From contig OX597816.1 of NCBI GenBank assembly GCA_951406725.2, positions 42,036,001 to 42,100,000 on the forward strand: a stretch of 64,000 nucleotides of DNA, in the 5' to 3' direction. The stretch's first letter is position 1, and each line of letters starts with the position of its first letter. Made by a program: the position numbers and the translations under genes. This DNA comes from Octopus vulgaris. Lineage: Eukaryota. Below the pieces are notes generated by a model. It saw nothing but the letters and a program-made list of their open reading frames with translations. It was not told where the DNA came from and did no database searches. Positions 39,110 through 53,471 of the stretch are shown here, one piece after another.

Positions 39110-39281
39110 GCATCAAAATTACCTTAGGAATGGGAACCCATGTTCGAAATCTCACCAAGGCTGGAGGGTATATCAGCCGAAAAGTTGTGTTAACAACAAA
39201 CAGGATGATGAGAAATAACCGTCAATTGTAGATAATGTAAATACGTTATATAATTCCTCAGCTTTTAAAAATAGAAATGTA
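38334..39281 (+). mobile_element. tRNA-headed SINE with internal (AAT)n, split by a Dong insertion
   Basis: A-box-like TAGTGTAGTAG, B box GAGTTCGATACC, then (AAT)n. A non-mariner tail at 39110-39281 precedes the resumed mariner sequence. Confidence 0.65.
38457..39006 (+). mobile_element. 5'-truncated Dong/R4 LINE (RLE domain + 3'UTR) inside (AAT)n
   Basis: ORF 38556..38909 (NRPDIVVRD..FLIDVSIP..EKLSKY) is highly similar to 366-915(-). AAT tracts at 38403-38456 and 39007-39109. Confidence 0.93.
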
Positions 39282-41071
39282 CTTCTGAAGTTTTCTTTGA
39301 ACAGTTGGACGTCTATTTTCATGGAATAAAACAATGCAAGTATTAATAAGAAATGTTGGGATTAACGTATTTGATATTTCAGAGTTCAAGCATCACTATT
39401 TCATAGTCAGTCTATGAATGTTTCAGCCCAATCTGGTAAAACATTTAAGTACCTGGGACAATATCGGTTCCTCACAGGCGGGGTGTTATATTTGAAATTG
39501 TCCCCATTCCGAAATTTCCTTGCCAAACCAAAAATAAAGAAAATAATAATAAGAAATAAGAAAAAATAATAAAATACTATTCCATAGCTATGAAAAAATT
39601 GAGTCACCGTGTTGCTGAATATGAACATAACATCTCTAAGCAATATGATGATGAATTTTAGAGCAGCTAAATGACATTTGTAACAAGACTGGGTATTGCA
39701 TGATGGATTACTTTTTAAACAACCTGGGAGTAAAGAAAATACGTTGTTTAGCTGAGGTTGAGAAACGAAGCTGATGCGTAATCTTTTCTCAGGTCAGGGA
39801 GACGATATACATGTGTTGCGTAAGTAAACTAAATCCAATTTCGGAGCAGATTACATCTGGCGGAGGAACTCCCCGAACAGTTGTGAACTGGAGATGTGTT
39901 TCTACACTATGCCGACACCATATAACCCTGGGATGCTTTTGGATGTTGCCTTCCTGGTAAACAACTCGATTCTTTTGAATATGAAGCCTCAGCAGTCGAA
40001 ATGGATGAAAGATTTAAGAGAAATTATGTCAGAGCAATTTCGATTAAAGATACTCGTCCTAATTTAGATATTGTACAATTGGCTATAATGGTTTTTGTTT
40101 TTTGTAATAACGATTAATGATAAAATCCCTTTCATATGATAAACTTTCAATTAAATCGAAAGTGGCATCAACAGTTTGCGGAAATGCTCTCTTTCTCACC
40201 TCCTTCATAGTGTATGAAGATTTTCCTGTGTGCAACTTATACAAAATATGACTTAGCTTATCGAAATGTTCTCGGTTATTTTTGTATGATATAAGTTGCT
40301 TTATAACACATTTTCCATTAGTTTTTCTCTTTTCTGCATGAGAACTTATTTATCAGTTCAAGAATGATACATACCAGATCTAGAATGATATCATTATTGG
40401 TGTGCTAATTTACTTTCATATCTAGCAATTAAATTGGATGTTTTACTTGCTGAGACTTTAATTTGTGGTATTTTTAGTCCTCCATCAATTATGAACTCTT
40501 TGTTTCTCTAAAGACAAGATCATTGTAATTCGTGTGAAAGAGCTAACTGTAATGTATAACTAAGCAATATTCGCATTTGAATTTTAATTCAACCTTACTT
40601 AATTACGAGATGCGTAAATATAAATGGCATGACATGGATTACACAATGACCTATTTTTTATTGTTCAATTTAACACAAAATTTTAGGAAACCAAACCTGA
40701 ATAAAGTCACTTCAAACAGCAAACCTTTCTTTTGCAGTATATATTATTAACAATTCACTTTTATTACTTGTATTATCCATTGAATGGTTCTCTAGACTTT
40801 TCGGAATTAAGTCGTTGAAAACATCGATACCGTTTCCAAAACGATTTTATATAATTTGAATGTATTTTTCAGTTACTTGCACCGTAAATAATTATTTTCA
40901 AAACGATTTATGCACTTTTTTAAAGAACCGTAAATTATTTTTCTGAATTTGATTCTTCACTTTTTAGTTGAGTTTTAAATTCATGCATACATATCTATAT
41001 GTGTGTGTGTGTATATGTGTATATAAATATATATAGAAAGATAGATACATACGTCGGTAGATATGGATATA

Positions 41072-41493
41072 TACTCTTTACTCTTTACTCTTTTACATGT
41101 TTCAATCATTTGACTGCGGCCATGCTGGAGCACCGCCTTTAGTCGAGCAAATCGACCCCGGGACTTACTCTTTGTAAGCCCAGTACTTATTCTATCGGTC
41201 TCTTTTGCCGAACCGCTAGGTGACGGGGACGTAAACACACCAGCATCGGTTGTCAAGCAATGCTAGGAGGACAAACACAGACACACAAACACATATACAC
41301 ACACACTTATATATATATATACATATATACGATAGGCTTCTTTCAGTTTCCGTCTACCAAATCCACTCACAAGGCATTGGTCGTCCTGGGGCTATAGCAG
41401 AAGACACTTGCCCAAGGTGCCACGCAGTGGGACTAAACCCGGAACCGTGTGGTTGGTTAGCAAGCTACTTACCACACAGCCACGCCCGCGCCT
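41072..41493 (-). mobile_element. SINE family A, full length
   Basis: Reverse-complement match to 12559-12972. Confidence 0.92.
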
Positions 41494-42704
41494 ATATGTA
41501 TACATAACATACAGATAAATTAATATATATATATACATATATATGCATGCATGTACATATAAACATATATGTATGTATGCATATACGTATGTATATATGT
41601 GTACCTGAATATATTTACTTTTTAAATGTATTTTTGATAATTTCATGAAACGCTGTGCATAAAATCAATAACAAGTCTGGTTTTAAAATAAAGTAATCGT
41701 TTATAAAATTAACGACTTAATGATTAATATATCAGTACGATACTATCGAAATGAATATTTCATATGTGAAGGGAAATGATAATGTCCTTTCTTAATTGAT
41801 GCAATTTTTGGTGTCGAATATTTATATTTTTTTCTTGGTTTGGTGTAGCCGATGATATTTCAATTAAGATATATAATAATGTGCCAGCTGTGTATTTTAA
41901 CTCATTTGCACTATTACAGCCCACTTAAATATTTGACTTCACTGTATTTTCCTTAGACGTAGTACGTATTTTTTAACTAGTCTATAAATGAAATAAATTA
42001 TCTTACGCATTTGTTCATTGGAAATCAATGTATTATCATTTGAAGATACACATGTTTACACAATTTTCTCTTCCCGAACGATAAGAAATTGGATAGAAAC
42101 ATGTGGTTTATAGCTAAAGAGATTTTGGAACATTTTAATTTTATTTCCAAATACAATTCGCGGGAAAAGGTCATCAGTATTTGGCATTTTTTCAGAATGA
42201 ATTTCACACTAATAAAATGCAGTATTTATATTGTAGCAAATGTCCCCATCCTTTCGAATATATCCAGTATGGAAACCTGCTGTTCTATAAAGAGTGGCAT
42301 TCATTCTGTTAACCCATACAAACTTTTCTGCATTACTGTCGGTAATGGATATGTATGCTTGACCCATAGGCATAGCAAGGGAAGGGGACGAAATAATGAA
42401 AGAATGAAAGAATGAAAGGTAAAAACCTTAAATATTACAAGTCGTACTAGCCATGAACAAAGTACAAAATCATAAGTCTAAACATAACTAGTCACCAATT
42501 GACTTAATCTGGTCGTGAAATTCATAAATATGTACCGACAAATATCACTTCAGAGACAACACAAAATCGAAAAGTTTAAATTATAGCAGAAAATGCAACC
42601 AGCATATACTTTTACGTATACATACATATATTTACACATGCACGCACAGACTGAAAAGCATACACATACACACACACATACATAGGTAACCCGATCTTTG
42701 TATG

Positions 42705-42749
<45 letters not shown>

Positions 42750-42814
42750 ATATAATAGGTTTATATATGTTAATATATATTATAAAATAATATATCGGGC
42801 GAAATTACAAATTT

Positions 42815-43584
42815 TGTTGCTAAAAGGAAGCTTAGGAGGTGACCAAACTAAAAATGTATAAACATCATCAAATTTGGTAAAAAAACTGAATTAGTGACGA
42901 AGCCTACAAAGTGGTCGGGAGTGAGTAAATGTTAGCCTTAAGAATATCATTTACACAATGCCGCGTGTGATTGATATTTCTTTATTACACTATATATTTA
43001 TTACAATATAATGTATTCTACGAATATGAGGTAGATCTTTACAAGATACCTAAATATTGAATTGAATCAAAGACTTTGCAATATTGGTTTCCAATTCTGG
43101 CAGAAGGCCATCAAATCTAGAGGGGAGGCAAGTTGATTACATCGACCTCAGCTGATACACATTTTATCAAGTAAATATAAAAGACAAAGACAAACTTGGA
43201 GGATATTTGAACTCAGAATATAGAGACAGACGAAAAGCCGCTAAGCTTTCACACTGCGTGTTAACGATAGTGTCAGCTTGTTTTCTTAGTACTGTATTAA
43301 GTAATAATATGACTTCAAAATTGTTGTACGTATTTTGGGAACATTTAGCTTATATACTCTTTACTCTTAAACTTGTTTCAATCATTTTGACTGTGGCCAT
43401 GCTGGAGCAACGCCTTTAATCGAGAAAATCGACCCGAGGACTTATTTTTTGTAAGCGTAGTACTTATTCTATCGGTCTCTTTTGTGGTCACGTAAACACA
43501 TCATCATCGGTTGTCAAGCGATGTTGGGGGGACAAACACAGACGCACAAACATATATGCACACACACACACACACACACATATG

Positions 43585-43639
<55 letters not shown>

Positions 43640-44765
43640 ATGTGTGTATGTGTGTGTGTATATATATATACATATATACGACGGACTTCCTTCAATTTGC
43701 GTCTACCACTCACAAGGCTTTGGTCGGCCCGATGCTATAGTAGACGACACTGACCAAAGGTGCCACGCAGTGGGAATGAACCCGGATCTATGTCGTTGGT
43801 AAGCAAGCTACTTACCATACAGCCACTCCTGTGTGGCAAGTAGCCTATATAATAACGTTTTTCATTTTGAATATTTTTAAAGATAATATTTTGTATCTGA
43901 AAATTTAGCTTAGAAGGTGACCAATCTAAAAATGTAAACATCATGTAATTTGGTTAAAATTTGAGTTAGTGACAAACCTTAGAAGTAGACACGCGTGAGT
44001 AAATGTTGACCTTCAGAATCTTATTCACACTCTACCATGTGTGAATGGTATTTTTGAAAAGATTAGTACCACAAGACTCGACTGGATGAGTTCTATCATA
44101 TGAGATTTTAAAAAAAACGGTTTTGAATTTGATTTTCGGTGTCACCACTTTTTTCAACACATTTCTTCCCAGTACTCTGTTATTTTAAAGTTCTAATTGA
44201 TATAATTGGCATTATCGGATTCCTGTCGCGGAGATCTATTATAAAAGAAGTTCAATTTAAATATAGCTTGCTTGTGAAATAAGAATAAACCGCAGTGCCC
44301 CCGCATGGCCACAGCTCATGAGCTGAAACTAGTTCAAATCAAATCAAAACAATACTTGGAGTCGAATTCGATTTCAGGCGTTAAATATTCTTTCACGGAT
44401 CTTTACCTCAGTACATTTTTGTACTGAATATTTTTGTATATAAACAACATGGATAAATTTCTCTCGCCCAGATCTATTATATCATATAAGCTAAAATAAA
44501 ATAAATATTTCTAAAAAGAAAAAAAAAAGTTGAATGCAAAGTCGATTTCAGGTGTTACACTCCCGTTTTTGACCGCACGTATTTTACTGAATTTTTTTTT
44601 CTACTGAAGCAATTTTCTAATTTTGCAGCTGATAATGTCCAATCTACAAATGTAAACAACATCAACTTTGATTAAAACCTAAATTAGTGACAAAGCCGAG
44701 AACTGATCGCGGGTGATGAAACTTGCCTTTATTAATATTATTCAAACACTACCGTGTGTGAATGA
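42815..44765 (+). repeat. Locally dispersed ~150-bp repeat (copies at ~42815-42975, ~43900-44050, ~44625-44765)
   Basis: Shared ccaa.cta.aaatgt..aaca.cat..attagtgac..gtga.taaa..tt.cc tt..acac...c.tgtgtga. Confidence 0.7.
43355..43832 (-). mobile_element. SINE family A
   Basis: Tail, internal microsatellite and head match family A. Confidence 0.88.
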
Positions 44766-45196
44766 TGTCTGTCTCTCTCTCTCTCTCTTTAGCTATATAC
44801 ACAAACGCACATTCACATATATATGTGTGTGTGCATGCGTGTATGTCTCTCTCTATATATACACCATATCGAACACACATATACAAGGTATGTGTTTTGC
44901 CAGCTCGAGGGCAGACTGCAATTATAGGCGTGAGAGAATATATTGTCATCAATTCGCCTGGTATTAAAATACGTGGAAGTCATAGGCAAGCAATATAAGT
45001 TGCCTCGCTTTTATGACTGTATGCAAAATTCTGTAAGGATCATCTGCCAGCATGTATATATATATGCATGTGAACATGCATGTATGTATTATGTACGTAT
45101 GTAAGTATGTACGTCTATGAGTCTGGGAATTTTAAAATCGATGTGATATTCTACACATGCCGACTATATGTATGTATGTATGGGTGTAGGTAGATT

Positions 45197-45229
<33 letters not shown>

Positions 45230-47944
45230 ATGTATATATGCATGTATATATGTACATATATATAATATATATAAATTAGAAAATTATGTAATTAAAAAAT
45301 TGATATTTTATTTATATACATGTATATATGTATACATATCTTACGTATATATTTATACAGCAATGCGTTTGATGTTGTTTGCAACAGATTTTGACAAACA
45401 TAAGGATTAACAGATGCAACATAATTACGTTGCTATCTGTGTATTTCGTTGTCAGTGTGTCTTTAAACCCAACGCCTCTTCTTCGCAAACATTGTTCGCT
45501 CCAATACTCCCCGATAGCATTGCGATTCTGCAAAAGCAACTGATAGAATAAGTACTATTTAACAAAAACAGTAAACAAACCATCGGGGTCGATTTGTATG
45601 AGTAAAAAACATTAAAGCGATTATCCAGAATGCCCACCGGCCACTGACTGGAACGATTAAAATATAAAAAAAGCATTATGAGGTATTCCAATACCGTGCT
45701 GATGTGTGACTGCCGAGAATTTATCTCCGTATTGCTGCAACGGATTCAGATCCACACACAACCTAATTATTACCCATGAAAATAAATTGTACTGGAAATA
45801 AACATATCTCCCTTGCGTTGTTTGTTGCTTTACAATTATAAGTTTCGAGGCAACAATCTGACTTCATATTTCAATCGTAAGGAGGTACACGTTTCATTTC
45901 TAAGGGAGATAATAATTCTAACGTTCGTTGGCTATAAACCTTTTGCTGTTTAATTGCTATTTATAGTCCACATGTAACACCTATATATGAGTAGGAGCAT
46001 GTATGTGATTATACAGGTATTTGTGTTTCTGTTTGTGTATATTTACGATGGAAAATTGTCATGTTGTCGTCTACCAAATGTATATGGAAAATGGATTGGT
46101 CTATATGAGTATGCGTAGTGACAACGCATTTCCAAATGCGTCCTTATGGTATGTAATTATATCCAGCGATTAAATATATATTTTTCAAAGGCAATGATTG
46201 TTATTTTAGTAACATCTGTGGAATATGTTTAGTTGTATGTGCTAAGATCAACAAATATAACACATGTCTAAACTTTTTTACTCATGCAGTTTATAGAATA
46301 AAGAATATTCACAATCAGAACTTCGTACAAAATGCAGATTCTAAATAGCAAATTCAACATAAATCAATAATTTAAAAATAAACTCACATATCCAAAACCC
46401 GAATAATATATTGCAGAGACTGAAGCCTTTTTTTTTTTTTTTTTGGTTTTTGCCTTTCAAAATTATTTCATTTAAATTACATTTAGCGTTATTTCACGTG
46501 TTACTTGCATTATGTAAATTTCCAGCATATATTTAAATAATTGACATCGAAATATTACAATAAAACATTAACCTTATGTGGCAGCGAAGTAATACTTTCG
46601 ACATTTACCATGTGCAAATTATTTTATTATACTGAAAAATGTCACATTTCTACTAATCAATAATCTACAACCTCTAGCTAAAAAGATTAAAAAAATACCT
46701 GTCCTCGGATTTAATTCTATAACTGCGGTTACTAAATATCTGTACGTTTCGACTATGTATTAATACTACTAACGCACTCAATTTGTGTAAATATTTATCT
46801 CACGTAATAATCTACATTTTGACAAATATCTAGCAAATTGAATTGAAACATAGACATCGATCTATAAAGAAGTTCGATGTAAAATACTGTCTTTACTTTA
46901 GATCACATTTCTTCACTCACTGATACAGACATATTGTAACACAAGACACAATATACAATGAAACGCGGTACTATTTTGCAATATACCGTAGGTGACTTTG
47001 CGCAAGAATTCGTAATTGGTCACTGTTTAGGGCATACTACAAAATTCCTTTCAAGTGCATCAACGGAGCGGTCAATCTACGAATTATTAAAGCGCCTAGC
47101 CGATACATTTCTACCCCTGCCTTAGCCGAAAACTAAACTAATCCAAAATACCCATCTGCATGCAGGTATCACTGGTCAATGGTGTTTTCATTCGCTTGCC
47201 TTTATCAGTAAAAATTGAAGATGGCATTCCATTTGCAAACACACGCATTTACGTCTGGACTATAGTTCAGACTTCTGATCGGTTTCTGAATGTCTATTAT
47301 TCAATATGTATATCGTATTTGTCTTATATTTACTTATATTTGGTGCATGTTGATTATGCCTTCCCGAATGCATCGAACAAAAATGTCTGTTGGCAGGTAT
47401 TTTTCCTTTGTATATTTAAGAAGGCTTATTTATAAAAATGCATCAATGCTCCTTAGGTAAGTTGGTTTCAAAAGGAAACTTTAGTGGGTATTGTGGATTA
47501 TTCTTTGGGTTGATTTTGAATTATGATCATGTACAGTGTGAGACCTAGCATACGCGTGTGAGACCTAGCATACGTTCCAGGCTTCAGGTAAATGAAAATA
47601 CATGATAATCAGCTAATTATGATTTTAAACAAAATATCCTCTCGAATTAACACATTTATTGCAGCGGCTCTAAGCCTTGGAAATGAACTCGGGAGGTTGC
47701 GCCTCCCACCAGGCCTTTCGAGATACTCTTAAAGGCAGGAACTTTTCAGCACCTACTCGTAGATATACATACGTAGGGACGCTTCACATACCCACGCACA
47801 TATAGAAAGTTTAGTTTGTGTATGTAAAATAATATTAATACTAATCAGAATATTAAGAGGTTTTATCGCCGACATTGCATTCTACAGTTAAAAATGGACC
47901 ATGCAAAGTAAATGATTAAAATTATGTGGAATATATATTCTTTT

Positions 47945-48187
47945 GTACTTTTATTCTTCCAGTCTAAGAAATCGATCCCATGACTTATTCTTTATAAGCC
48001 TAGTAATTATTCTATCGGTCTCATTTGACGAACCGTTAAGTTACGGGGACGTGAGCACAACAACGTCACTCGTCAAGCTATTGTTGGGGGACAAACACAG
48101 ACACACATACCACCTTACCTAAGGAGTATTGATGCATTTTTATAAATAATCCTTCTTAAATATACGAAGGAAAATATACATGCATAC

Positions 48188-48231
<44 letters not shown>

Positions 48232-48358
48232 GGCGGGCTGCTTTCAGTTTCCGTCTAGCAAAACCATTCACATGGCTTTTATTGGCCCTGGGCTATAGCA
48301 GAAGACACGTACCTAAGGCCCTACGCAAGAAGACAGAACCTGAAACCACACAGCCACA
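47945..48358 (-). mobile_element. SINE family A, diverged
   Basis: gacttattcttt..tctatcggtctc..aagttacggggacgt..tttcagtttccgtcta..accacacagccac. Confidence 0.8.
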
Positions 48359-49692
48359 CGTGAATAATTTCATAAAATAACTTATTTATTTTCGCCAAGT
48401 TATTAGAAAGTTTCTGGCAATTTTACGGACAGGTCATTATTTTCCGATATTTTATTCATTCTTTTTATGTTCAATTTTGCAAATTTACCATTGACCAACT
48501 TTCTTGCATAACTATTGCTATAACTGAACTAGGTAGGTCATTATAATGGACACTACCCTCATCACTAAATTGCGAATTTGTTATAACAGAGTATGCTGCA
48601 CGAAGAGTAAGGTGACATTCACTTTTCAGGAGATTGAGCACATGGGAAGATGACATGCATTTCGCAAGGATATAAAGAAATGCTCGGCCCCGTGATTGAC
48701 ATGCTTTTGGGAAACTGATGTATTAACTACTGGAAGACGTATCTTCTCATGAATGTCACACCTACTAGAATATATTTTCTTATCGCCAGTGGTTGAATCT
48801 GATAAAATCTAGGAATTCTTCTAGTATGTGAAGGAGAAAACTTAGTAGAGAATTTCTCACCTAAGTATTGATATACGAAGATGTGTACAAGGTGAACAGA
48901 CTCAAACATTAATTGAAACTACACTAGAAATTCGTATTTCACGTCCACAGTCGCTATAGCTTACTGGTTGTAAATGTATATTCTCTATTTTATGGAGGTA
49001 CATTTCAATGTATCGATGTATGAGTGTATGTAGAAAACGTTTAATCCACGCCTCTGTAATGTTTAGATTGATGTAATGTTTAGATTGCATACCTGCTTTG
49101 CTGCTGAGGCATTTAAAAGTAAATTTACATCTACATACGTAATGTTTCAAATCATTTTAATTTTAAACAATTAAACAAATCCAAAAGACATTTAATATCA
49201 TATAAGCATGTCTTTAATTGCTACTAATATAAATAATATCAAGATTAAAAAGGAATTTCAAAAATCGGTCAGTTACAATGCACGTATTTATTTTACGTGT
49301 AACATATTAGCTGTCATATTATAGAATAACTCACTAGTGTAAACGTTATTAATTACTTCTAAATTTTATGAAGCGGGCATGGATTTTCCATTACGGTTTT
49401 GTCATGTATTATGTTAATATATGGAACTACTTTCTTACAAAGAAAAAGGTAAAAAATAGAAGAAAGTAACACATAGATATAATATGAATATTATGGGAAT
49501 AAATCTCGTTTGAATATATCTACATGCGGTAATCACATCAGCACTTATCAAAACGAAATTTATTTAAATGCTTTCGTAACTGCAAGTTCAAGGAAATAAC
49601 AGTAATGATTCGCAGTTTAACGAAAAATGTTGCATTTTAATATGCTTACGAATAATTCATCTATCTCATATCTATCAATATATCTCTTCCTT

Positions 49693-49730
<38 letters not shown>

Positions 49731-49835
49731 AGAGTGCGCGCGCGTATGTGTATAAGCAAATGTACAGAGACACACACAGATGCATATACACACACATCAT
49801 ATATATATATACATATATAGATAAACATATACATA

Positions 49836-49902
<67 letters not shown>

Positions 49903-50503
49903 GTGTGTGTATGTATGTATGCATGCATATATGTGCGTATGTATTTATACACATACGCATATATAAAAGTTTATTGAATTTTAGGACAAATGGAAACATT
50001 CAAGATGTTCATCTTAAGAAATTTATGTTCAAATAGTTTGCATACCTTATATATATCTATTCTTACGTAACAATAACTACATATGTATATGAACACATAT
50101 GTACTCATATGTATTCATAAATCTAGATCATTACGCAGCTATATATTTGATATGAGCGAACATAGCAGTGTGAATACGTGCACGCACTTCACCGCGTATT
50201 TCAGTATTTATCAACTGAGAGAGAGAGAGAGTGTGTGTGTGTGTGTAAGAGAGAGAGAGGGAGAGAGAGAGAGAGAGAGAGAGAGGTTGTGTGTGTGAGT
50301 GAGGGATTGAGAGAGCATGGGTGTGGGAGAGAGAGTGTGTGTGTGTGTGTGAAAGAGAGAAAAAGGTGAGGAGAGGATGAATTAAGGGAAAAATACAAAT
50401 TGAAATAATAATGGAAAGAGACATGCACATAGTCTCATTCAATCACTCCTATTAACCAAAATATACGAGCATGCACCCTAAAACACACTTTCACACATAC
50501 ATA

Positions 50504-50584
<81 letters not shown>

Positions 50585-50595
50585 ATATGCATGGA

Positions 50596-50660
<65 letters not shown>

Positions 50661-51152
50661 TTCTATATATACATATGTATGTTTCTATATATACATAAGT
50701 ATGAATGCACATAAATATATACGCATATATATATATATATATATATGTGTGTATATACGTATTCCATATACGTTTTGCTTATCCTCACGTCGAGTATGTA
50801 CGAATAAATTCAGAATAATTTCTATAAAAGTAAAATATTACGAAATATATTATGTATATTTGGAGGAAAAACAGCTATAATATTTGAAGTATTCCTGCGT
50901 GTACCTAAATTTAATCAAATTTAGCGTATGATGCATTATGAGAATATAAAAGATAAGAATGAAATCAGAGAAGCAGAAAATCAGATAAATTTATGACAAA
51001 ACTACTGTCGCTACATGATAAACACACACAGACACACATATACATATACATGTGTATGTATGCATGTACGTATGTATATATATATATATATGAATATGTA
51101 TTTATCCATGTGTTTTAGGCGTGCTTTTGTGTATGCAGATGTGATTTGAGAG

Positions 51153-51311
51153 TGTGTGTGTGTGTGTGTGTGTGCATGCGCGCGTGTGTGTATATGTGGA
51201 GAGGTTGTGCGAGCAGAACAATCGAATTTGTATTTGTGTGTGTGTGTGTGCATGCGCGCGTGTGTGTATATGTGGAGAGGTTGTGCGAGCAGAACAATCG
51301 AATTTGTATTT
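51153..51311. repeat. Tandem duplication of a ~75-bp unit anchored on (TG)n
   Basis: gcatgcgcgcgtgtgtgtatatgtggagaggttgtgcgagcagaacaatcgaatttgtattt occurs twice. Confidence 0.92.
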
Positions 51312-51687
51312 ATTGATTTTGACAGATATATTCAACTAGTGTTACTTCATTTTTTAAAAATATTATTCAGAAGTTCAACTGTATTATGGAAACCTGTAAG
51401 TTATGGGAACGCGTAACGAATTTAATAGTTAAGATTTCATAAATTCCAAGGTTCTTGACTGAATTGATTCGAGTGGTTGCAATATATGTCAGTGCTTAGA
51501 TTTACGCGGATCGTATTTCTATCAATAAAAGGAGCTTAATTGCATAAAATCAATGATGTAGGTGATTCTCAAGAGAACGCTCATTTCGATTTTTTTTTAA
51601 TGTGTATTTTACCTCCTCGTATATGCGTAAATACGCGATATTTATGAGTACATAAACACACACACATACATTCATATACATATATAC

Positions 51688-51732
<45 letters not shown>

Positions 51733-51733
51733 A

Positions 51734-51794
<61 letters not shown>

Positions 51795-51961
51795 CATATA
51801 TGTATAGATATAGATATAGATAGTTATATATGCATATTTATATGCATATATGTATATATATATATATATATATATAAATATATGTATATATATATGTATA
51901 TATATGCGTATAAATGTATATGTGTATCTATCTATCCTTCTATCTATCTTTTTATCTATTT

Positions 51962-52029
<68 letters not shown>

Positions 52030-53104
52030 GCATATTGTTGGAAATGCTTCATGAGTTATCACATTCGAACTTTGTAATTATTCGCTATTGTTGCAATATG
52101 GTACTTAAGTAACTATATAAGATTGATTCTATTAGATTAATCTGCAAGTCGAAACTGTGTTGAATGGTGCTAAGATATGTAGCTGTGTGCACTTGCATGC
52201 AATTCTCTTTGCACGTTTCTTTTCGTAGTCGACGTGTATGATTTTTCCCTTGATGTGGTCGGTTTCAAGAAAATCATTTTTATGCTTTGAGAACGAAATT
52301 CATTGTAGAAGTGCAAACATAAGTTTATTACTTACGTTTGCCTGTATGTGTGTGTGCATTCAGTCTGTGCTCAAATTGGGAGCCAGTGTGAGTGGTCAAG
52401 ACATTTCCTACTTATATATACTGTATGCGTCATTGCTTTTTCTAATTATATATCGCCGTTCGCTTGTTTACAATATATATTGTTTCTGCGAATATAAAGA
52501 AATTCGAAAAAGAAAGAATAATAGAAACGCCATGTTAAATGGAATTTTTATCATTTAATAGGTGCTTTGGAAACATTCACTACTATAATAACTCGAGCAG
52601 CTATTGCGCAGATGCTCTGAACTATTGTTCAGAATGCTGGGCAATTAATAAAACAGATATCAGAAATTTCTTCACGATAATCAGCGGTAGCAGTTCAATG
52701 CTCGCTGTTTCAGAATGCAAATATGATAGATTATCGGGAAATCCGTCGATTGCAGGTTCGAATACAAGTTTAGAATACAAGTGCAAATTCGAATACTCTT
52801 GGTACAGATTCCAAATTCCCTTAATCGTGTGAAACTGTGTATTGGGCGATTACCTTACTATCAAAGATCTATTTCTCTATCATATGATTGGTATGATCAG
52901 CAAAAATATTCTAATAATTCTTAATATTAACATTTCAAAGTAGTACAATTAAAGGGCCGTGTTGGAAAAATGTCATCAGTGAATATGACATCAGTTTATT
53001 GAGGTACTTGCTAATATTGATAACACCATTTTCCCTACAAATTGGTGTTGAAGGGGGATAGCATTGGTTTGGCAAATCTATCTGTCCCTTAGCATTCAGT
53101 TTAT

Positions 53105-53206
53105 GGAGCGCAGTACGAAGGGCGTTGTGCAGTCGTGATTTAGCTCAGCTGTGAATTTTGTTGCTAAATTTCGAGTTGTGTTAGCCGTATTTGTGTATTC
53201 TGCTCC
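53105..53206 (+). ncRNA. Candidate pre-miRNA-like hairpin
   Basis: Long imperfect stem (ggag/ctcc; ggc/gcc; cgtgatttagc/gctaaatttcg), apical CTGTG loop and CTGC (CNNC) at 53200-53203. No expression evidence. Confidence 0.35.
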
Positions 53207-53471
53207 TCATCTCTTTAAGCTTTGCCTTCCGTCAGTAATTCTATTTGATACAGTTGATTTTTCTTTGGTTGTCCAATGCCAATATGCCTTTTGAAACAGA
53301 ACCTCTCAAAAGGTTAAGCAAATCAATAGTTTTAATAACTAATGGGCCAGCCGTCCACACATCGACAATTTGTCTGACACACATTTGCATATATTCAATA
53401 TGAAATCGGAACCCCGCCCCCACTGTATATCATTAAGTACGGGATATGCATAATGGCCATGAAGATATGCA

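Larger units (their letters stand above)
37328..39438 (-). mobile_element. Decayed mariner transposon carrying nested insertions
   Basis: Minus-strand FHQGDAPAHRS..PYSPVLAPCDYHLFPNMK at 37553-37694, and degenerate TIRs at 37328-37360 and 39406-39438. Confidence 0.82.

Noticed and set aside
39780-40070. Possible host exon in a slightly GC-richer stretch
   Set aside because: No recognisable protein motif or convincing splice-site pair.
49661-52112. Multiple YI/VC/TH-rich ORFs
   Set aside because: They are translations of (TA)n, (TG)n and (GA)n microsatellites.
52328-52410. Possible minus-strand exon with GTAAGT donor encoding THTG motifs
   Set aside because: Weak acceptor, no C2H2 cysteines, and no partner exons identified.
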